13,035 bases of DNA from Limisphaerales bacterium (GTDB lineage: Bacteria > Verrucomicrobiota > Verrucomicrobiia > Limisphaerales > JAJOIW01). The stretch is from NCBI GenBank assembly GCA_965657355.1, contig CBFHOE010000014.1, positions 74,516 through 87,550 of the forward strand. The letters are read 5' to 3'. This document shows, piece by piece, positions 7,213-13,035 of the stretch. A model generated the notes under the pieces. The model was not told the origin of the DNA, did not search any database, and worked only from the letters and a program-made list of their open reading frames with translations. The position numbers and the translations under genes were made by a program. Numbering within the stretch: position 1 is the first letter of the stretch; each line of letters starts with the position of its first letter.

Positions 7213-8388
7213 TTATTCTGTAAAACAAATCTTGTTTAAACAGTCATCAAAATTATTGGCTCCATCTATTATTTTTATTTCCACCCGCATGAAGAATATT
7301 CTTAAATCTCTTCTATCAAGTCGAGATATTCGAACAGCGTCTTTTTGGGTTGTGAGTATGACCTCGGCTTGTCGAATTTTGCTTCTATTGATCACATTAA
7401 GGATCTCCTGTTGCGAGAATCTATGATGATCGGCGTATCTTTTTGAATAAACGAGCTGTCCCCCAAGATTAATTAATGAATTCTCAAAGCTCTCGGGTTG
7501 GGCTATCCCACTGAATGCTGCAATCTTCTTGCCTTTAATAAAGTCTAAACTGATTTGCTCGCCATTATAACAATCTTCAAAATACAATGGGTGGTGAACG
7601 CATTCAATAATGCGAGCCGTTGGATTAAGTTTACCGATTTGATCTTGTAAAATTTTGGTATCCCCATCGCTTTTGGTGATGAACACAGTATCAGCGCGCT
7701 TCAAGTGCTTTGGGGGCTCACGTAAAATACCTCGAGGCAGCATAAAATTGTTTCCCCATGGTTGTTGCGAATCGATAAGTACGATGTCAGTCCTCCTACC
7801 TTGCAATTTCCAGTATTGAAAACCATCGTCCAAGAGAAGGGTATCGCAACCAAACCTCTCAATAGCAAACCTTCCAGCTTTAACTCGATCTTTGTCGACC
7901 AATACAATGACGTCTTTTAAGTTGGCCGCAAGCATGTAAGGCTCGTCACCAGCCGACTGTGAATCCAAAAGAAGTGACTTTCCATCAGATACTATACGTG
8001 GCGGCGTTACATCCTCTTGTAACAAGATCTTTCTTCTCAGTCGCACCCATAAAGGAACAGGCTTGGATCGATACCCCCTGGAGAGAATGGCTACCTTTCT
8101 GCCTTGATTTTTTAGGGATCGCGCAAATTTTTCAACAACTGGGGTTTTACCGGTCCCCCCCACGGTCAGATTACCTATAGCAATGACCTGCACACCTAAT
8201 GTTCTGTCGCGAAGGATGCGAATATCATAAAGAATTCGTCTTAATTTGACAGCTGATTCAAATATTTTGGAGAGTGCGTGTAGCACTCCCCTGAGGAGAT
8301 CCGCTCTATTTCCCTGACGGCGGTTAAATATAACCTCAAGAACGTAGGTCTCCACAGATTCAGTCCAGCTGTCAAGTTTGTCAGGCAC
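7213..8388 (-). CDS. lpxK: Tetraacyldisaccharide 4'-kinase (lipid A 4'-kinase)
   Basis: 391 aa with a GTG start. Hallmark LpxK motifs: [48 protein letters not shown] and TQKDAVR. Confidence 0.95.
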   Translation of the reverse strand: MPDKLDSWTESVETYVLEVIFNRRQGNRADLLRGVLHALSKIFESAVKLRRILYDIRILRDRTLGVQVIAIGNLTVGGTGKTPVVEKFARSLKNQGRKVAILSRGYRSKPVPLWVRLRRKILLQEDVTPPRIVSDGKSLLLDSQSAGDEPYMLAANLKDVIVLVDKDRVKAGRFAIERFGCDTLLLDDGFQYWKLQGRRTDIVLIDSQQPWGNNFMLPRGILREPPKHLKRADTVFITKSDGDTKILQDQIGKLNPTARIIECVHHPLYFEDCYNGEQISLDFIKGKKIAAFSGIAQPESFENSLINLGGQLVYSKRYADHHRFSQQEILNVINRSKIRQAEVILTTQKDAVRISRLDRRDLRIFFMRVEIKIIDGANNFDDCLNKICFTE

Positions 8389-8395
8389 CTATATT

Positions 8396-8424
8396 AGTCT
8401 GCCAATACTTTTCCTGCGTATCAA
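8396..8424 (-). promoter_or_regulatory. Candidate sigma70-type promoter, possibly leaderless, for lpxK
   Basis: The minus strand reads TTGATA (8424-8419)-N17-CAGACT (8401-8396) with an extended -10 TG (TGgCAGACT), and then 7 nt to GTG 8388. Confidence 0.4.
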
Positions 8425-8481
8425 TGTCTGAGTTAAAAAAGTGGATCAAATAAAGCTGGAGAGTGGACAGATCATTGCATG

Positions 8482-9771
8482 CTATTCGTGCCTAAGCGCG
8501 TCTATAGGGTCCAGATCCGCCGCTTTCCTTGCAGGGTAAAGACCAAACAATATTCCTATGAATCCAGAAATACTAAAGGCGATAATAACCGACCACGGTG
8601 TCACGATGGTTTTCATATCAGCAAAATAGGTAACAAGTGAAGGGACAACTAATCCAACTATAATTCCAATCAGTCCACCACCAATTGAAAGAACAACAGT
8701 TTCTACCAAAAACTGCGTTGTAATATCCGCTTTCTTCGCACCAAGCGCGCGTCTCACCCCTATTTCTCGAGTTCGCTCAGTGACTGTAGCAAGCATGATA
8801 TTCATGATACCTATCCCCCCAACGATCAATGAAATCGCTGCTATAGAACCAAGAACGATATTGAACATTCTTTGGGTCTTCCTCGCTTGCATTAGAAGTT
8901 GCAATGGAACAATCAATTCGTAGTCATTTTTGTCATGTTTGATGTTGAGCATGTGACGTATTTGAGGATCGGCAGTAAATACTGAATCGTCATTTTCCAT
9001 TTGCACCGTGACTTCATGCAACTGCACGGTTTCTGCCTCAAAGCTCCCAGAAGTTCTGCGTATAATGGTCTCACCAAACCGAGAAGTGGCAGTGGCAAGA
9101 GAGATGTATATATTGTTGTCCAAGGCTTCGCCCTCCATGTTGCCCGACTGTGGCCTCTGGTCTGCTGTATTTTTCTCTCTAATTATCCCAACGACCCTGT
9201 AATATGACCCTCCGATTCTCACTGCATGTTTCAGAGGGTTTTGATATGGGAAAAGCCTTTTTGAAAGCCCGGTAGTAATCACACAGACATTCTGTTTAAA
9301 GCGGTCATCCAAAACACTCAAAAACCTACCACCGACAATTTCTGCTCCTGACATCTCCGGATAAAAAGGATAGGTGCCAACGACCTGGACAGGGACCATT
9401 TCACTGGCGAAAATAGCATTTTCCCTGATAATTCTCTTGGGCAAAACTCTTTTGACACCGGGAATAGTGGATAGAATTCTAGAGCTATCGTCAAAGGTTA
9501 ATCCATATTCAACAGCAAAAGATCCACCGCTGTTATTTTGTTGATTGGAGTCTTCGGGAGGCTTTACGGAACGAATGATTATATTGTTACTACCCAGTCG
9601 CTTAATATCCTCCTGAGCCTCATATGAGGCACCTTCACCGATAGCTAGCATCGCGATCACTGAACAAACGCCAAAAATTATCCCAAGCATGGTCAGGACT
9701 GACCTTAGCTTGTGCAAAAGCAGACTCTTGATACCGAGATTGATAGTCGATTGTAGTTGGGATGCGTTCAT
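8482..9771 (-). CDS. MacB/FtsX-type ABC transporter permease
   Basis: LRSVLTMLGIIFGV (TM1), a large periplasmic domain, ISLIVGGIGIMNIMLATVTERTREIGVRRALGA, QFLVE and GLYPARKAADLDPIDALR. I chose ATG 9771; TTG 9774 is an in-frame alternative. Confidence 0.95.
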   Translation of the reverse strand: MNASQLQSTINLGIKSLLLHKLRSVLTMLGIIFGVCSVIAMLAIGEGASYEAQEDIKRLGSNNIIIRSVKPPEDSNQQNNSGGSFAVEYGLTFDDSSRILSTIPGVKRVLPKRIIRENAIFASEMVPVQVVGTYPFYPEMSGAEIVGGRFLSVLDDRFKQNVCVITTGLSKRLFPYQNPLKHAVRIGGSYYRVVGIIREKNTADQRPQSGNMEGEALDNNIYISLATATSRFGETIIRRTSGSFEAETVQLHEVTVQMENDDSVFTADPQIRHMLNIKHDKNDYELIVPLQLLMQARKTQRMFNIVLGSIAAISLIVGGIGIMNIMLATVTERTREIGVRRALGAKKADITTQFLVETVVLSIGGGLIGIIVGLVVPSLVTYFADMKTIVTPWSVIIAFSISGFIGILFGLYPARKAADLDPIDALRHE

Positions 9772-9791
9772 CAATAAAAATATCGCGGTTA

Positions 9792-10496
9792 TTATCTATT
9801 GGTGACATCCCTGTCGATGAGTCCATCCTTCATATGAATAACCCTTTGCGATCTATCACCAACCTTGGGATCGTGAGTAACCAGAACGATTGTTTTTCCA
9901 GATGCATTCAACTGATCAATAAGGTCCAATACTTCAAGTCCCGTTTTTGAATCAAGGTTTCCGGTAGGCTCGTCAGCGAGAATCATAAGAGGGTCGTTTA
10001 TAAGTGACCGGGCGATGGCAACGCGTTGCTGCTGACCTCCGGAAAGCTGATTTGGCCGGTGGTCAAGTCGCTTTTCAAGACCGACTAAAGTTGCTAACTC
10101 GACGGCACGGTCATAATAATCTTTTAGGTCAACTCCCTGGTATATCAAAGGGACTTGTATGTTCTCGATGACCGTGAGTTGGGGTATAAGATTGTAAGAT
10201 TGAAATATGAACCCAATTCTTTTTCCTCTTATATTAGAAAGCAAATCATCTTCCATTGTGGCAACATCATCTCCACCAAGAAAGTATTCGCCATCCGATG
10301 GGCGATCTAAACACCCGAGAATATTTAGCATGGTCGATTTCCCGGAACCAGAGGGCCCCATTATGGCCACATAGGAACCCTCCATAATCTCCAAATTCAC
10401 CCCGTTAAGTGCATGAACAATATTTTCCTCGCCTAGGATGTATGTTTTCTTAATCCCTCGAATGTCTATGATTGTTCTCTTTCTTGATGCTGTCAT
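9792..10496 (-). CDS. MacB/LolD-type ABC transporter ATP-binding protein
   Basis: Walker [19 protein letters not shown], signature LSGGQQQRV, Walker B/D-loop [11 protein letters not shown] and H-loop VTHD. Confidence 0.96.
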   Translation of the reverse strand: MTASRKRTIIDIRGIKKTYILGEENIVHALNGVNLEIMEGSYVAIMGPSGSGKSTMLNILGCLDRPSDGEYFLGGDDVATMEDDLLSNIRGKRIGFIFQSYNLIPQLTVIENIQVPLIYQGVDLKDYYDRAVELATLVGLEKRLDHRPNQLSGGQQQRVAIARSLINDPLMILADEPTGNLDSKTGLEVLDLIDQLNASGKTIVLVTHDPKVGDRSQRVIHMKDGLIDRDVTNR

Positions 10497-10525
10497 TGCC
10501 TGTCAGATGTATTTTTAAGGTTCTG

Positions 10526-12304
10526 TCACTTCCCTCCGGGGCGTCCACCTTTGCCTCCGGAGCGACTACCTTGACCTCCTCCGAATTGCTTGATCATCGC
10601 CTGCCGCTCAGAATCGCTTAATTTTCCATCTCCATCTTTATCAAAGCGTTTCATGAATTCTTTTCTTTGTTCGGCGGTACCTCGCTGTCCCCTATTCTTT
10701 TCGTCGCCGTCTTCGGGTTTAGCCTTGCTGGATTCCTCTTTTGCATTGGGAAGCTTTTCGGTTGGCTTCGTATCGACATCTTCACCTTCCCGGACTACAG
10801 CTTTGTCGAGGTCATCAGGGTCGTAGTTTAAAGGAGGGTTCAAAAGAATTTTGTCACCAGCGTTAATTCCGCTGATGACTTGTATATACTTATCATCATA
10901 AAGGCCAAGCTCGACTTCGACGGGCTGGCTTTTTCCACCGCTATAATTATAAACGACCGTTTTCTCCTTTAATGTAGTCACAGACTGTGTGGGTATGGTG
11001 ATCACATCGACAAGGTTTGTGGAAATGATCTCAACTTGAGCGCTGATTCCGGGATTAATGCCTTCAACAGGTTCTGCAAGATGCACCTCGGATTTATACT
11101 TCTTTGTCGAAGAGCCACCAAATCGTCGACTGGATGCTTCAGGAACAATGCCAACCTTCGCGACATAAGCTTTATATCTTTGGTCTGGCTTGGTTTCAAA
11201 GATTACATAAGCAACTTGCCCCTTACGAACTGAACCGATGCTGGATTCAGGAATTTGAAGATCGACTTTTAGCCTTGATACGTCGGGAAGTTTGATGATC
11301 TCCTGGCGATTTCTGACTGTGGCTCCTTCTTCAATCATGGATTCATTGCTCCATCGGTTATCTGAAACAAAGTACACCACCAACCCGTCCTGCGGGGCGT
11401 ATATTTTACTTTTATCTAATTGTGATTTCAGGCGGTCTAATTGATTACTATTCAAAAGAAGTGTATTGAGCTGCGACGCGAGGTCGGCTTCAGCAGATGC
11501 CATGTTCCCCTCACCTTCAAGTTTGACTCTAAGAAGATCATCTTCAGCATCAGCAACTGCCGACTCATAAGTAGTGATCGACCTTCTGTGCTCGTAATCT
11601 AAAAATAAGCGGAGCGAGTTTTGAGATTTAATAAGAGCGAAAAGTTTATTGGTATAAGCAATTTGAGCAGTTTGCAATCTTGTTAGTGTTTCGAAGCCTT
11701 TGGTGTATAGCTTCATGGTATTATCCATTTTATCCTTTGCTATATTTAGCTCCTGCTCAGTGGCTGTGATTTCATTTGAAGTGGTCAAAATAGTTTGCTG
11801 ATAATCCCCTTCTAAATATTTTTCTAAATCCAGTTTTGCAAAATTGAGAGTGTTAGATGCATTCCTCAACTGAGTCATTAAAGTACTTTTTGCGATCTCT
11901 AGATTGGCCTTGGATTGGGTATACAACGCTTGGCTTTTCTCCAATGCAATTTGCTCTGAATTTATTTTGTCAACGAATTCAGCGGCATCAAGTTCCACGA
12001 GAAGATCGCCTTTTTTGACTATCGACCCTTCTGGAACTATATCGATTATTCTTGCAGTGCCTTCTATTTCACTTCTTAGAACAGTATCCTTGACAGAGCT
12101 GACCTCACCTCCTTCAACGACCGAGACGAGAAAGTCACCCTTCTTTACTGTATGGTAGGCAGTTGAGGAATTTGATGACGCGCCGTCCCCGGCAAAGAAT
12201 TTAACACATAAAAATATTACAATTATTGCTACGATTCCGACGATGATTCTCATATCTAGAGCCGCATCTGTTCTACCAAAGCGTCTTATTTTATTCGTTA
12301 TCAT
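10526..12304 (-). CDS. Periplasmic adaptor (membrane fusion protein, MacA/HlyD family) with a long alpha-hairpin and C-terminal EF-hand-like tail
   Basis: 592 aa. N-terminal TM (IIVGIVAIIVIFL), lipoyl half-motifs VPEGSIVKKGDLLVELD and IYAPQDGLVV, beta-barrel 'IPESSIGSVRKGQ' and 'PGISAQVEI', and membrane-proximal 'VELGL...QVISGINAGDKI'. The start is uncertain; Met18 is an alternative. Confidence 0.92.
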   Translation of the reverse strand: MITNKIRRFGRTDAALDMRIIVGIVAIIVIFLCVKFFAGDGASSNSSTAYHTVKKGDFLVSVVEGGEVSSVKDTVLRSEIEGTARIIDIVPEGSIVKKGDLLVELDAAEFVDKINSEQIALEKSQALYTQSKANLEIAKSTLMTQLRNASNTLNFAKLDLEKYLEGDYQQTILTTSNEITATEQELNIAKDKMDNTMKLYTKGFETLTRLQTAQIAYTNKLFALIKSQNSLRLFLDYEHRRSITTYESAVADAEDDLLRVKLEGEGNMASAEADLASQLNTLLLNSNQLDRLKSQLDKSKIYAPQDGLVVYFVSDNRWSNESMIEEGATVRNRQEIIKLPDVSRLKVDLQIPESSIGSVRKGQVAYVIFETKPDQRYKAYVAKVGIVPEASSRRFGGSSTKKYKSEVHLAEPVEGINPGISAQVEIISTNLVDVITIPTQSVTTLKEKTVVYNYSGGKSQPVEVELGLYDDKYIQVISGINAGDKILLNPPLNYDPDDLDKAVVREGEDVDTKPTEKLPNAKEESSKAKPEDGDEKNRGQRGTAEQRKEFMKRFDKDGDGKLSDSERQAMIKQFGGGQGSRSGGKGGRPGGK

Positions 12305-12340
12305 TAGGGTATAGATTAAGATTCAAAATTGTTTTTTCTT

Positions 12341-13033
12341 TTATTGATTATTTTTTGATGCTGCGTCCGTTTGTGGACTGCTTTTTATAGAGACAGCAAA
12401 AATTTCCTCAGGTGTCTGCAATTCCCCAGCTTCGGAGTCAGGAATAAGCGGGCCATTTTTAAATTCATCAGGGATTAACATCGCATCTGATGAGACCCAG
12501 AATTCCTTCATATCTGTATCTAATGCTCCTATGTCCAGCATCAGCTGCAAGCGGGCAGTGAGATAATTAACAATATTGTTGGTCACATTATTTTGTTGAT
12601 TCACAAGAGCATCCAGAGCATCTCTCAGGTCACGTTGAGTAATATCACCTGCGGCTCTCAGTAATTGTGCACTCTCTACCTGCTGTTCCGCCGCTTGCAA
12701 ACCAGCTAATGCAATTTCATAATTTCTGAAAATTTGTTTTAATGTTCGCAAGCCGACTTCAACCTCGCGTTGTTTCTCATCTAAAGAGAGAGATAATGTT
12801 CGAATGGCCGATTCAAAATTAATTAATGTGGACCTGTAGGCGTTTCTCTCGCGCAGCCGGTCAATCGGAAGGTTGAGCTCAATGCCATAATTCCAGCGAA
12901 CATCGTCAATGTTGAAATCCGTATAATCGGTTGGACCGTCAGATTGGAGAGAACCATCGGCAAGTATATTTAGGTCCGCTTTAAGTTGGTTTGCCGCCAC
13001 AGCAATTTTTCTTTTTGAATCTTCAAATCTATC
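12341..13033 (-). CDS. TolC-family outer membrane efflux protein (partial; 5' end beyond the window)
   Basis: The frame stays open to the right edge (DRFEDSKRKIAVAANQL...). It has the beta-strand/Pro motif 'YGIELNLPID', coiled helices 'ERNAYR' and 'AGDITQRDLRDALDAL...NYLTARLQL', and lies at the head of an adaptor-ATPase-permease operon. Confidence 0.85.
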   Translation of the reverse strand, partial: DRFEDSKRKIAVAANQLKADLNILADGSLQSDGPTDYTDFNIDDVRWNYGIELNLPIDRLRERNAYRSTLINFESAIRTLSLSLDEKQREVEVGLRTLKQIFRNYEIALAGLQAAEQQVESAQLLRAAGDITQRDLRDALDALVNQQNNVTNNIVNYLTARLQLMLDIGALDTDMKEFWVSSDAMLIPDEFKNGPLIPDSEAGELQTPEEIFAVSIKSSPQTDAASKNNQ

Positions 13034-13035
13034 TA

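Noticed and set aside
9792..10496. Naming the ATPase/permease lolD/lolCE or macB
   Set aside because: The adaptor plus TolC context argues against Lol. Substrate and orthology to macrolide exporters cannot be determined from motifs, so no symbol was given.
6133..12158. Short nested ORFs within the phosphoesterase, lpxK, permease, ATPase and adaptor genes
   Set aside because: These are shadow ORFs of 60-85 aa with no independent evidence.
1..13035. Plasmid/prophage origin (prompted by parA), CRISPR arrays, tRNA/rRNA, IS elements, defence systems
   Set aside because: I saw no rep, integrase, transposase or phage genes, no repeat-spacer arrays and no RNA gene signatures. lpxK and the other genes indicate ordinary chromosome.

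Overview
This is a gene-dense, roughly 40% GC bacterial chromosomal window. The gene set suggests the PVC superphylum, most likely Verrucomicrobia (inference): an [10 protein letters not shown]9-DG prepilin-like protein, a cytochrome c/DUF6797-like protein, a Cys-type sulfatase and a long LpxK. In order it holds: the 3' end of a probable SGNH/GDSL hydrolase; an orphan short ParA-family ATPase (+); an exported sulfatase and a large c-heme/beta-propeller protein (-, probably an operon); a divergent prepilin-type H-X9-DG protein and a YfcE-like metallophosphoesterase (+); then, on the minus strand, a RidA-family protein, lpxK and a TolC / periplasmic adaptor / ABC ATPase / MacB-like permease export operon whose TolC gene runs off the right edge. 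I found no RNA genes, CRISPR arrays, IS elements or integrases. I cannot support a clear-cut new system. The best leads are the heme-propeller plus sulfatase module facing the pilin-like gene, the partnerless ParA, an efflux adaptor with a very long hairpin and an EF-hand tail, motif substitutions in RidA and LpxK, and two candidate leaderless promoters in a window lacking Shine-Dalgarno sites.
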